Assembly (NCBI GenBank): GCA_039648995.1
Contig: JBBWZH010000045.1
Location: 2,821-66,820, forward strand
Direction of reading: 5' to 3'
Source of the DNA: Mycobacteriales bacterium
GTDB lineage: Bacteria > Actinomycetota > Actinomycetes > Mycobacteriales > CADCTP01
DNA length: 64,000 bases
Below are positions 17,479 through 26,261 of this stretch, piece by piece (the first letter of the stretch is position 1; every line of letters begins with the position of its first letter). The translations under genes were made by a program, and so were the position numbers. The notes beneath the pieces were generated by a model, which was not told the origin of the DNA, ran no database searches, and worked only from the letters and a program-made list of their open reading frames with translations.

Positions 17479-19665
17479 TCATGTACTGCCGATGTTCTCC
17501 GGATTCACCTCGGCTGTGGCACCTTTCCCGGCCGGGCGGCGGGCGGCCGGTCCGAACCCTTCCGACCGGTCGGCTCTCGCCACCGAGCCGCCCTCCCACA
17601 ATGCCCAGCGCAATTCGTCGACGGCTTTCCGCAGCAGGTCGCCGTCATCCCGGTCGGCCAGCGAGCGCAGGGTGCCGAGCTCCCGGCGGTACCAGGCGGA
17701 TACGGCCGCCGCCGACCCGGACCCGGACGCCCGGCGCACCAGCCCGATGCGGTCCCGGACCAGCCCGAGGTAGTGCTCGATCACCCGCCGCACCCCGGCG
17801 GCGGGGTCGACCGCGGCGTCCTGCTGCTCCCGGGCGACCAGGCGCACCAGGTCGGGCACCCGGTACAGGTCCAGCCGCAGCGCGTCGACCAGCCCCGAGT
17901 CGACCAGCCGCTCGACCACCGGGTGCGCCGCGTGCTCCGGCTCGCCGAGCAGCGCGGCCACCGTGTCCACGCCGACCACCGCGAGGTCCAGCGTGCCGAG
18001 CAGGCACAGCGCGGTGCGGGCCGCCGGGCCGCCGCTGACCCGCTCGAGCTGCCGGACGCTGGCCTGGAGCCGGTCGCGGACGCTCTGCTCGCCGGACGCG
18101 AGCAGGTCCAGCCGGCGGCGCGGGTCGGCCAACCGGTGGGCGAAGTCACCGACCGTCCACTCCGGACGCAGCGCCAGCCGGTTCGCCGCGACGCGCAGCG
18201 CCAGCGGCAGGTACTCGCACAACCGGGCGATGTCGGCCGCGCCGGCCGGGTCGGCGTCGATCCGGCCGGGGGCGAGCGACTCGCGCAGCAGGGCCACCGA
18301 CGCGGCGACCGGCAGGCGGCCGAGGCGGACCTGCCGCCGCGCGCTCACCGCACCGACCGGCGCCCGGCCGGTGACCAGCACCGCGCAGCCCGGCGGCGGG
18401 GCGAGGAAGCCGCGCACCTGATCGGCGTCGGCGATGTCGTCGAGCACGACCAGCACCCGCCGCCCGGCGATCGCGGCCGCCCAGCCGGCCACCGCCCGGC
18501 CGGGGTCGTCGGGGACGTCGCCCGCCGGGTCGTCGGCCCGCAGCAGCGCCCGGGCCGCCTCGGCCGGGCGCACCGGCGACTCGCCCGGCGGTGCCGACGC
18601 ACGCAGGTCCAACCACAGCCGGCCGTCCGGGAAATGCGCCGCGACCGCTCGTGCCGCCTGCCGCGCGAGCGCGGTCTTGCCGGTGCCGGCCGCGCCGTAG
18701 ACCGCGCACACGCCGCCGCGTACCAGCAGGCCGGCGGTCGCGGTCAGCTCGGCAGGACGCTCGACGAACGGCTCGGCGTCCGGCGCGGGCGGCCCCGTGG
18801 CGACGGGCCCCGGCCCCGCCGGGCCAGCCGGCCCGGCCGGGCCGGACCGCGCCGCCGGCGACCGGTCGTCGGCCACCGTCGCGGACAGCAGCGGATCCTC
18901 CCGCAGGATCTGCTGCTGCAGCTCACGCAGCGGCTTGCTGGGCTCGATGCCGAGCTCGTTGACCAGCAGGCGGCGGAGGTCGTGGTAGGCGCCGAGGGCC
19001 TCGGCCTGCTGACCGCACCGGTACAGCGTCAGCATCAGGTGCCCGTGCAGCCGCTCCCGCAGCGGGTACGCCGACACCAGCTGCTTCAGCTCGGGCAACA
19101 GCGTGTCGTGCCGGCCGAGCTGGATCTCGGCCCCGAGCCGGGACTCCAGCACCGCCAGCCGGGACTCCTCCAGCCGCGCCGCCTCGGCCATCACCGCCGG
19201 CGCGGGCGCCACGTCCGACAGCGGCACGCCGCGCCACAGCCCGAGCGCGGCACCGAACGCGTCGGTCGCCGCGGCCACGTCGTTGCCGGCCAGGCCGGCC
19301 CGGCCGGCGGCGACCAGGTCGTCGTACTCGTGCACGTCCAATGCCCCGGGCGGGACGGCGAGCTGGTAGCCCGGCGGCCGGGTGATGAGGACCTCGCCGG
19401 TGCTGTCGCCGAGCAGCCGGCGCAGCCGCCACACGTACCCGGCGAGCAGGCCGGCCGCGCTGGACGGCGGCTGGTCGGTCCACAGCTCCGACACCAGCCG
19501 CTCGGCCGGGACCACCTGGTTCGCGCTCAGCAGCAGCGCCGCGAGCAGGGTGCGTTGCTTGGCCGCACCGATCGGGGACCATCGCCGGCCGTCGAAGAAC
19601 TCGAGGCTGCCCAGGATGCGGAAACGGATCGGCGACGTCCCGGCCATTGGCGTCGTCGTCGACAT
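17479..19665 (-). CDS. SARP-family (AfsR/DnrI/RedD-like) transcriptional activator with BTA and NB-ARC-type ATPase domains
   Basis: 728 aa. N-terminal OmpR-type winged helix starts IRFRILGSLEF. The BTA region includes LRERLHGHLMLTLYRCGQQAEAL. P-loop is VYGAAGTGKTALARQ. Confidence 0.85.
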   Translation of the reverse strand: MSTTTPMAGTSPIRFRILGSLEFFDGRRWSPIGAAKQRTLLAALLLSANQVVPAERLVSELWTDQPPSSAAGLLAGYVWRLRRLLGDSTGEVLITRPPGYQLAVPPGALDVHEYDDLVAAGRAGLAGNDVAAATDAFGAALGLWRGVPLSDVAPAPAVMAEAARLEESRLAVLESRLGAEIQLGRHDTLLPELKQLVSAYPLRERLHGHLMLTLYRCGQQAEALGAYHDLRRLLVNELGIEPSKPLRELQQQILREDPLLSATVADDRSPAARSGPAGPAGPAGPGPVATGPPAPDAEPFVERPAELTATAGLLVRGGVCAVYGAAGTGKTALARQAARAVAAHFPDGRLWLDLRASAPPGESPVRPAEAARALLRADDPAGDVPDDPGRAVAGWAAAIAGRRVLVVLDDIADADQVRGFLAPPPGCAVLVTGRAPVGAVSARRQVRLGRLPVAASVALLRESLAPGRIDADPAGAADIARLCEYLPLALRVAANRLALRPEWTVGDFAHRLADPRRRLDLLASGEQSVRDRLQASVRQLERVSGGPAARTALCLLGTLDLAVVGVDTVAALLGEPEHAAHPVVERLVDSGLVDALRLDLYRVPDLVRLVAREQQDAAVDPAAGVRRVIEHYLGLVRDRIGLVRRASGSGSAAAVSAWYRRELGTLRSLADRDDGDLLRKAVDELRWALWEGGSVARADRSEGFGPAARRPAGKGATAEVNPENIGST
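17490..17499 (-). promoter_or_regulatory. Site B of the shared motif GAGAACATCG
   Basis: Plus strand CGATGTTCTC at 17490-17499, ~85 bp upstream of the ACP start (17405). It overlaps the last codons of the SARP gene. A second ACAT element lies 11 bp downstream (ACATCGGCAGTACATGA in gene orientation). Confidence 0.4.
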
Positions 19666-19698
19666 CTACCCCTCACTCAACGAATAGCGATTGCATTC

Positions 19699-19708
19699 CG
19701 ATGTTCTC
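19699..19708 (-). promoter_or_regulatory. Site C of the shared motif GAGAACATCG
   Basis: Plus strand CGATGTTCTC at 19699-19708, ~35 bp upstream of the SARP start (19665). A CAATCG element lies 11 bp downstream (ACATCGGAATGCAATCG in gene orientation). Confidence 0.4.
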
Positions 19709-19942
19709 CTCAGCACCGGCCCTCCGTCAGGAACCCGGCCGCAACCTGCCCAATGGCGCGGGTCTGGCGCCCGTTCGGGAAGCAGCCGTATTCGGCCAGT
19801 TCGGCTGAATGGCGGACGCCATATGGTCGTCCGGCCGATGTCACACCCGAGCGACTCTGATAACCGCGGATTCCGCGGCGCGTGGCCCGTCACATGTATT
19901 GCCTGACCGGCCGACCCGGCGCGTACAGCGCCGGCGTATCGC

Positions 19943-19952
19943 CAGAACATCG
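19943..19952 (+). promoter_or_regulatory. Site D of the shared motif (CAGAACATCG)
   Basis: Plus strand CAGAACATCG at 19943-19952, ~110 bp upstream of the proB-like ATG (20064). ACATTC lies 11 bp downstream (ACATCGAAAGTACATTC). Confidence 0.4.
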
Positions 19953-20063
19953 AAAGTACATTCCGGGCCGGAAACATCTCCCTCGCCGCCGGGACAGCCG
20001 GCGAGGCCACCAGGCGAGGCCCGGTTGCACCACTTCCATCGATCGAGCGTGGAGCGCGCACCT

Positions 20064-21197
20064 ATGCTGACCGACACTTCGACGACCACCGCCGGGCCGG
20101 CGCTCTCGGTCCTCGCGGCCGGCCGGCCGGCCGGCGGAACCACCCCGGGCGACCGGGTGGTACTCAAGATCGGCACGTCCTCGCTGGTGACCGGTGGCCA
20201 GGTCGACCCCGTCAAGGTCGACCGGCTGGCCGACACTGTGCACGAGGGGATCCGGGCCGGCCTGGCGCCGGTGCTCGTCACCTCCGGGGCGATCGCCGTC
20301 GGCCGCACCCGGCACCCCGCGCTGGCCGGCGGCGACCCGGTGGCCCAGCAGGTCGCCGCGGCGGTGGGCCAGGGCGTGCTCTACTCCGCGCTGCAGACCA
20401 GCTTCGCCGAACGCGGGCTGGTGGCCGGCCAGCTCCTGCTGACTCCTTTCGACCTGGTCGAGCTGGAGCGCAATGCCGGCGTCGGCGGCACCCTGGCCAC
20501 CATGCTGGCGCTCGGCCTGGTGCCGATCGTCAACGAGAACGACGCGCTGGGAGTGCGCAACAACGACGTCCTCGCCGCGGTGCTGAGCGGGTTCCTCCGC
20601 GCGCGCCTGCTGCTGCTGCTGACGAACGTGTCGGGCCTCTACGACAGCAACCCGCTGCTGGGCGGCGCCGCGACCCACATCGCCAGCGTGCCGCGGCTCA
20701 CGCCGGAGCTCGAGGCCGTCGCCGGCGGATCGGTCGGCGACGGGGGCACCGGCGGGATGACCACGAAGCTGAGCGCGTCCTGGATCGCCACCTACGCCGG
20801 GGTCCGCACGGTCATCGCCGACACCACCGATCCGGGCGTGCTGGTCGCCGCCGCCCGCGGCGACCAGGTGGGCACGGTGTTCCAACCAAGGCCGGTGACC
20901 GCGGCCCCGGACCTCGGCCGGCTGTGGCGGGCGTTCCGGATGCCGCCGCGCGGCACGCTCGGCTGCGACGCGGCCGGGCTGCGGGCGATCGCGCGCGGGC
21001 GGCCGGTGCTGCGCGGGCACGTCACCCGGGTGCGCGGCCCGTTCCGCACCGGCGAGGTCGTCGACCTCGCCGGCGCCGACGCCCGGCCGGTCGCCCGCGG
21101 CGCCGTCCGGCTCGACTCGGCCGCCGCCGAGGCCGCCGGGCCGGCCAGCTCAACCCTTGTCGCCGAGCACGACTACGTACAGATCGTGGAGGACTAG
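20064..21197 (+). CDS. proB: Glutamate 5-kinase with C-terminal PUA domain
   Basis: ORF 19809..21197 with its start moved to the ATG at 20064. VVLKIGTSSLV, VLVTSGAIAVGR, IVNENDA. The C-terminal PUA-like region includes GEVVDLAG...ARG. Confidence 0.85.
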   Translation: MLTDTSTTTAGPALSVLAAGRPAGGTTPGDRVVLKIGTSSLVTGGQVDPVKVDRLADTVHEGIRAGLAPVLVTSGAIAVGRTRHPALAGGDPVAQQVAAAVGQGVLYSALQTSFAERGLVAGQLLLTPFDLVELERNAGVGGTLATMLALGLVPIVNENDALGVRNNDVLAAVLSGFLRARLLLLLTNVSGLYDSNPLLGGAATHIASVPRLTPELEAVAGGSVGDGGTGGMTTKLSASWIATYAGVRTVIADTTDPGVLVAAARGDQVGTVFQPRPVTAAPDLGRLWRAFRMPPRGTLGCDAAGLRAIARGRPVLRGHVTRVRGPFRTGEVVDLAGADARPVARGAVRLDSAAAEAAGPASSTLVAEHDYVQIVED

Positions 21198-21199
21198 GC

Positions 21200-22450
21200 A
21201 TGTCCGTGACCGAGATCTGCCGGGCGGCCGCGGCCGCGTCGGCCGCCGTCACGCAGCTGACCACGGCCGAGAAGAACGCGGTGCTGCTGGACATGGCCGC
21301 CGCGATCGAGGCGCACAGCGGCGCGATCGCCGAGGCGAACGTCCGCGACGTCGAACGGGCCAGGCGGGACGGCGTCACGCCGACCCTGGTCGACCGGCTC
21401 ACCCTGACCGAGCGGCGGATGGCCGGTCTGGTCCGGGCCATCCGCACGATCGTCGACCTGCCCGACCCGGTCGGCCAGGTGGTCAGCGGCTGGACGCGCC
21501 CGAACGGCCTGCTGATCGAGCGGGTCCGCGAACCACTGGGCGTGGTCGCGGTCATCTACGAGGCCCGGCCGAACGTGACGGCGGAGGTCGCCGCGCTCTG
21601 CCTGAAGTCGGGCAACTGCGCCGTGCTGCGCGGTTCGTCGATGGCGATGGCGACCAACAGCGCGATCATGACGGCGCTGGCCAGCGCGCTCGAACGGCAC
21701 GACCGGGTGCCGGCCGCGGCGGTGCAGCTGATCACCGACCCGTCCCGGGACGCGGCGCTGGAGCTGATGCGCGCCAAGGAACACGTGGACCTGCTGGTGC
21801 CCAGGGGCGGGCCGGCGCTGATCGCCAGCGTCGAGCAGAACGCGACGGTGCCGACCGTGATCGACGGCGCCGGCAACTGCCACATGTACGTGGACGGGGC
21901 GGCCGACCGGCACCTCGCGACCGCGGTCACGGTCAACGCGAAGACGTCCCGGCCGAGCGTCTGCAACGCGATGGAGACGATGCTGGTGCACGCCGACCTG
22001 GCCGCCGACTGGCTGCCCGACGTGCTCGACGCGATGGCCGGCGAGGGCGTGGAGATCCGCGGCTGTCCGGTCGTCTGCGACATCTGGCCGAAGGCGGTCG
22101 CGGCGCGGGAGGCGGACTGGGGCACCGAGTACCTCGACCTGACGCTCGCGGTCCGGGTCGTCGCGAGCGTGGACGAGGCCATCGAGCACATCCGCCGGTG
22201 GGGCACCTCGAACGCGGACGGCATCGTCACCCGGGACATCGACGTGGCCCGCCGGTTCGTGCGCGAGGTCGATTCCGGCAGCGTGTTCGTCAACACGTCC
22301 ACCCGGTACTCCGACGGCGGTGAATTCGGCTACGGCGTGGAGATCGGGGTGTCCACGCAGAAGCTGCACGTCCGCGGCCCGATGGGTCTGGAAGCACTGA
22401 CCACCGTGAAGAACGTCGTCTGGGGCAGCGGCCAGACGCGGGTCGTGTGA
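21200..22450 (+). CDS. proA: Gamma-glutamyl phosphate reductase
   Basis: ATG at 21200 behind GTGGAGGA. 416 aa, aldehyde-dehydrogenase-like, with VIYEARPNV, CNAMETMLVH and a typical ProA C-terminus (FVNTSTRYSDGGEFG). Confidence 0.85.
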   Translation: MSVTEICRAAAAASAAVTQLTTAEKNAVLLDMAAAIEAHSGAIAEANVRDVERARRDGVTPTLVDRLTLTERRMAGLVRAIRTIVDLPDPVGQVVSGWTRPNGLLIERVREPLGVVAVIYEARPNVTAEVAALCLKSGNCAVLRGSSMAMATNSAIMTALASALERHDRVPAAAVQLITDPSRDAALELMRAKEHVDLLVPRGGPALIASVEQNATVPTVIDGAGNCHMYVDGAADRHLATAVTVNAKTSRPSVCNAMETMLVHADLAADWLPDVLDAMAGEGVEIRGCPVVCDIWPKAVAAREADWGTEYLDLTLAVRVVASVDEAIEHIRRWGTSNADGIVTRDIDVARRFVREVDSGSVFVNTSTRYSDGGEFGYGVEIGVSTQKLHVRGPMGLEALTTVKNVVWGSGQTRVV

Positions 22451-22462
22451 GGAGCCCTACCG

Positions 22463-23671
22463 ATGCAGATTCCCACCGCCATCCGACCGCCGGCACAGGC
22501 GGCGCCGCCGTCGGCCGTGCGCACCGCGGCCCTGATGGAGGACATTCCACAGGCGCTGTCGATCCAGTTCAACAACCTCGTCTACGAGCTGCGCGCGTCC
22601 GGCCAGGACATCATCACGCTGTCGCTCGGCGAGGCCTTCTTCGACCTGCCGTTGCCCACCTTCGACCGGATCGACCCAGCCGGCCTGCACCACTATTCGC
22701 ACTCCCGCGGGCTGATCGAACTGCGCCGCCGGCTGAGCCGCTACTACCGGGACGAGTTCAGCGTGCCGGTCGATCCGGACTCCGAGATCCTGGTCACCGC
22801 CGGGTCGAAGGCCGCTATCTACATGACGCTGCTGGCCGTGCTGGAGCCGGGTGACGAGGTGATCATCCCGGAGCCGTTCTGGCTGAGCTATCCGGCACAG
22901 GTGCGGCTGTGCCACGGCCAGCCGGTCATGGTGCCGCACGACGTGAGCGTGTACGACCTCGGGCGGTACGTGACCCCGCGCACCCGGGCCATTGTGATCA
23001 ACAACCCGAACAACCCGTCCGGCCACGTCTACTCCGCCGACGAACTGCGGCAGGTGCACGCCCTGGCCGAGGCGCACGGGCTGCTGCTGATCGCCGACGA
23101 GGCGTACAACGAGTTCGTCGGGCCAGGCACCGACTTCGTCGCCTGCGGCGCGCTCGACCCGGACAAGCACCACACGGTCACGATCAACTCGATGTCGAAG
23201 AACTACGGCGTCTCCGGCTGGCGGGTGGGCTACGTGATCGCGCACCAGCGGCTGGTCGACCAGATCCTGAAGATCAACCAGCATCTGGTGACCTGCGCCC
23301 CGACGATCCTGTCCTGGTATCTCGCCGAGCACTTCGACGACATCATCCAGATCACCCGGCCGCAGATCCAGCGGGTGGTGGCGTTGCGCAACCGGGTGGC
23401 CGGCTGGTTGACCGACGCCGGCATCGAGGCGATGCCGGGCTCGGCGGCGTTCTACCTGTTCGCGTCGATCGGCAACACCGGTCTGACGTCGACGGAGTTC
23501 GCCACCCGGCTGCTGCGGGACAGCGGGGTCTGCGTGGTGCCCGGCATCGCGTACGGCGACTCCTGCGACCGGTACATCCGCATCTCGGTGGGCAGCGAGC
23601 CCGAGGACCGGGTCGCCCGCGGTGTCGCCGCCATCGGGCAGCTGATCGCGGCATCCCGGCCGGCGGCGTGA
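22463..23671 (+). CDS. Class I/II PLP-dependent aminotransferase (aspartate aminotransferase family)
   Basis: 402 aa with NNPNNPSG, IADEAYNEF and the PLP-lysine motif NSMSKNYGVSGWRVGY. GAGGAG RBS at 22449-22454. An internal start (MEDIPQ) is possible. Confidence 0.85.
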   Translation: MQIPTAIRPPAQAAPPSAVRTAALMEDIPQALSIQFNNLVYELRASGQDIITLSLGEAFFDLPLPTFDRIDPAGLHHYSHSRGLIELRRRLSRYYRDEFSVPVDPDSEILVTAGSKAAIYMTLLAVLEPGDEVIIPEPFWLSYPAQVRLCHGQPVMVPHDVSVYDLGRYVTPRTRAIVINNPNNPSGHVYSADELRQVHALAEAHGLLLIADEAYNEFVGPGTDFVACGALDPDKHHTVTINSMSKNYGVSGWRVGYVIAHQRLVDQILKINQHLVTCAPTILSWYLAEHFDDIIQITRPQIQRVVALRNRVAGWLTDAGIEAMPGSAAFYLFASIGNTGLTSTEFATRLLRDSGVCVVPGIAYGDSCDRYIRISVGSEPEDRVARGVAAIGQLIAASRPAA

Positions 23672-23681
23672 CGGAGCGCGG

Positions 23682-24479
23682 GTGACCGCCCTGGTGAGTC
23701 CCCGGGTCGCGCTCCTCGCCGATCTCGGTGAGAGCTTCGGCGTGTACCGGATGGGCGACGACGACGCGCTGCTGGACGTGGTGACCTCGGCCAACGTCGC
23801 CTGCGGCTTCCATGCCGGCGACCCACGGGTGATGGCCGCGACGGTGGCGGCCTGCGTCGAGCGCGGCGTCGAGGTCGGTGCCCACCCGGGCTTCGGCGAC
23901 CTGGTCGGCTTCGGCCGGCGGGCGCTGGAGGTGACCCCGGACCAGCTGCGGGCCGACCTGCTCTACCAGCTCGGCGCGCTCGACGCGTTCGCCCGGACGC
24001 ACGGCACCCGGGTGCGGCATGTCACGCCGCACGGGGCGTTCGGCAACCTCGTGATGAGCGAGCCCCGGTACGCCGGGGCGATGGCCGGCGCACTCGCGGC
24101 CTACGACCCGGCGATCGCCGTCGTGACGCTCGACGGTCCGCTCGCGGTGGCCGCCCGGGCCGCCGGCCTGCCGGTCGCGCTGCTCGCGCTGGCCGACCGC
24201 GCCTACACCGAGGCCGGCACGCTGGTGCGCCGCTCCGAGCCGGGCGCGGTGCTGACCGGCGCGGTCGAGGTGGCGCGGCGCGCGGTCCGGATGGTCACCG
24301 AGGGTCTGGTCCGCGCGGCCACCGGCCGCGACATCGCGGTGACCGCGGACGCGATCCTGCTGCACGGCGATACGCCGGGCGCGGTCGGGCTGGCCCGCGC
24401 CGTGCGCGCCGCCCTGCTCGCGGCCGGCGTGCGGATCGTGCCGCTGGCGTCGGTGCTGGCCGCGCCGGCCACCGCCTGA
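23682..24479 (+). CDS. pxpA: 5-oxoprolinase subunit A (LamB/YcsF family)
   Basis: 265 aa with LLADLGESFG and TSANVACGFHAGDPRVM, the characteristic LamB/YcsF N-terminus. Confidence 0.8.
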   Translation: MTALVSPRVALLADLGESFGVYRMGDDDALLDVVTSANVACGFHAGDPRVMAATVAACVERGVEVGAHPGFGDLVGFGRRALEVTPDQLRADLLYQLGALDAFARTHGTRVRHVTPHGAFGNLVMSEPRYAGAMAGALAAYDPAIAVVTLDGPLAVAARAAGLPVALLALADRAYTEAGTLVRRSEPGAVLTGAVEVARRAVRMVTEGLVRAATGRDIAVTADAILLHGDTPGAVGLARAVRAALLAAGVRIVPLASVLAAPATA

Positions 24480-24495
24480 GCGGCCGGACCGTCGC

Positions 24496-25284
24496 ATGCG
24501 GGCAGCCCACGCGCACGGGTCCCGGGTACGGCTGGAGATCGCGCCGTACGGCGACTCGGCCGTGCTGGCGACCGCGGTCGGCGGCGACGACGAGCAGCGG
24601 TGGCGGGCGGTGCACCGGCTCGCCGACCTCCTACCGGCGGCGGCCGGGCTCGGCGTGGTGGCGACCTACGACAGCCTGCTGGTCGAGTTCGACTGCGAGC
24701 TGACGTCCCACCGCGAGGTCACCGCGGAGCTGCGCGGAGCCGCCGCCCGGCTCGGCGAACGCGCCGACGGCTGGGCCGGCGGCGGCGCCGGGGGCCCGAC
24801 CGACGGTCGCGTCGGCGGGGGCCCGGCCGGTGCGGTCGCCGCGCCGGCGCCGCGGACGTTCCACGTCCCGGTGGCGTACGGCGGCGAACATGGCCCCGAC
24901 CTGCCGGCGGTGGCCGCCGAGCTGGGGTTGCCGGTCGACGAGGTGGTGCGGCTGCACTCGGCCACCCCGTGGACGGTGCGGTTCCTCGGCGCTCCGGCGG
25001 GCGCGCCGATGCTGGACGGCTCGCCGTTCCCGGCACCGGTCCCCCGCCGCCGGCGGCCGCGCACCCGGGTGCCGGCGGGGTCGGTCGCCGTGGCCGGCCT
25101 GCAGGCGGTCGTCTACCCGGTGCCGTCCCCGGGAGGCTGGCAGCTGATCGGCCGGACCCCGCTCCGGCTGATCGACATCGACCGCGTCCCGCATGTGGCC
25201 TACCGGCCGGGCGACGTCATGCGGTTCGTCCCGGTCGACGGGCTGGCCGGGCGTCCCGACACGCTGCTGGAACCCGATGGGTGA
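24496..25284 (+). CDS. pxpB: 5-oxoprolinase subunit B (KipI / allophanate hydrolase subunit 1 family)
   Basis: 262 aa with YGDSAVLA, VPVAYGGEHGPDL and the cyclophilin-like C-terminus GGWQLIGRTP. Confidence 0.75.
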   Translation: MRAAHAHGSRVRLEIAPYGDSAVLATAVGGDDEQRWRAVHRLADLLPAAAGLGVVATYDSLLVEFDCELTSHREVTAELRGAAARLGERADGWAGGGAGGPTDGRVGGGPAGAVAAPAPRTFHVPVAYGGEHGPDLPAVAAELGLPVDEVVRLHSATPWTVRFLGAPAGAPMLDGSPFPAPVPRRRRPRTRVPAGSVAVAGLQAVVYPVPSPGGWQLIGRTPLRLIDIDRVPHVAYRPGDVMRFVPVDGLAGRPDTLLEPDG

Positions 25285-26245
25285 CGTGCTCACCGTGCAC
25301 CGCGCCGGCATCGCCGCGGTCACCGACCTGGGCAGAGCAGGCCTGACCCGCGTCGGCATCCCGGGCAACGGCGCGGCCGACCAGTACTCGGCGGCGGTGG
25401 CGAACCTGCTGGCCGGCAACACGGCCGGCGACCCACTGATCGAGATCACCGCGACGGCGTTCGGATTCACCGCGACGCGGGCCGTGCGCATCGCCGTCAC
25501 GGGCGCGCCGGCGGACATCACGATCGGCGGTCGGCCCGGCCCGATGTGGCGGCCGATCCAGGTGGCCGCCGGCGACCGGGTCGGCATCGACCGGATCCGG
25601 GACGGCCTGCGCAGCTACGTCGCCGTGCACGGGTCGCTGGACGTGCCGCGCGCCCTCGGCAGCTGCGCCCCTGACCCGCTGCTGCGCGTCGGCGGCTGGC
25701 TTCGCCGCGGCAGCCAGGTCGCGCTCGCCGGCCGGTGCCGGCCGGGTGGGCACCGCACCAGCTGCGAACTCCCGGTCGACACGCTGGCCCCCCGTTTCGG
25801 CAGCCCGTGGACGATCGACGTCACCGGCGGACCGGACGCCGGGGACTTCGCCGATCTGGACGGCACGCTGCTCGCCGCGGACTACGCGGTCAGCCCGGCC
25901 AGCAACCACATCGGCCTGCGGCTGTCCGGGCCGGCGCCGGCCCGCACCGGGCCGGCCGAGGTGCTGTCGCGCGGCGTGCCGGTCGGCGCCGTCGAGGTAC
26001 CGCCGTCCGGCGAGCTGATCGTGCTGCTCCGCGGCCGGCCGGTCACCGCCGGCTACCCCGTGGTCGCGGTCGCTACCAGGGTCGCCCAGGGCCGGCTGGG
26101 TCAGGTCCGGCCGGGTCACACGCTCCGCTTCCGCCATCGCCCGGTCGAGGACGCGGTCGCGGCCTACCGGCGACAGCGCCACACCGTCCACACGCTGGCA
26201 GCGGCGATGGCCGGCCCCGGGCCCGCCGCCGACTGCGCAGGGTGA
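25277..26245 (+). CDS. pxpC: 5-oxoprolinase subunit C (KipA / allophanate hydrolase subunit 2 family)
   Basis: ATG at 25277 overlaps the pxpB stop (ATGGGTGA). 322 aa with TDLGRAGLTRVGIPGNGAAD and VTAGYPVVAVA. Confidence 0.75.
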   Translation: MGDVLTVHRAGIAAVTDLGRAGLTRVGIPGNGAADQYSAAVANLLAGNTAGDPLIEITATAFGFTATRAVRIAVTGAPADITIGGRPGPMWRPIQVAAGDRVGIDRIRDGLRSYVAVHGSLDVPRALGSCAPDPLLRVGGWLRRGSQVALAGRCRPGGHRTSCELPVDTLAPRFGSPWTIDVTGGPDAGDFADLDGTLLAADYAVSPASNHIGLRLSGPAPARTGPAEVLSRGVPVGAVEVPPSGELIVLLRGRPVTAGYPVVAVATRVAQGRLGQVRPGHTLRFRHRPVEDAVAAYRRQRHTVHTLAAAMAGPGPAADCAG

Positions 26246-26261
26246 CGGGTCGGAGCCAGTC

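Noticed and set aside
14017-19860. 1947-aa plus-strand ORF, and similar giants: 6385..10614 (1409 aa), 27353..28657, 29217..31280, 39367..41046, 40164..42746, 42819..44702, 43547..45967
   Set aside because: They run antisense to or out of frame with genes that carry unambiguous catalytic motifs. Their translations are Arg/Pro/Gly/Ala low-complexity with no motifs. Stop-codon scarcity in >70% GC DNA produces such ORFs routinely.
19691-19906. 71-aa ORF in the SARP/proB intergenic region
   Set aside because: Poor codon bias, no RBS and no motif. The region is better explained as two divergent promoters carrying motif sites C and D.
20064-22450. proB/proA interpreted as ordinary housekeeping proline genes unrelated to the cluster
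   Set aside because: This is not fully rejected. The tight operon with pxpABC, an aminotransferase and a ureohydrolase, plus the shared upstream motif next to the SARP gene, favours cluster membership. The test is whether a second proBA copy exists elsewhere in the genome.
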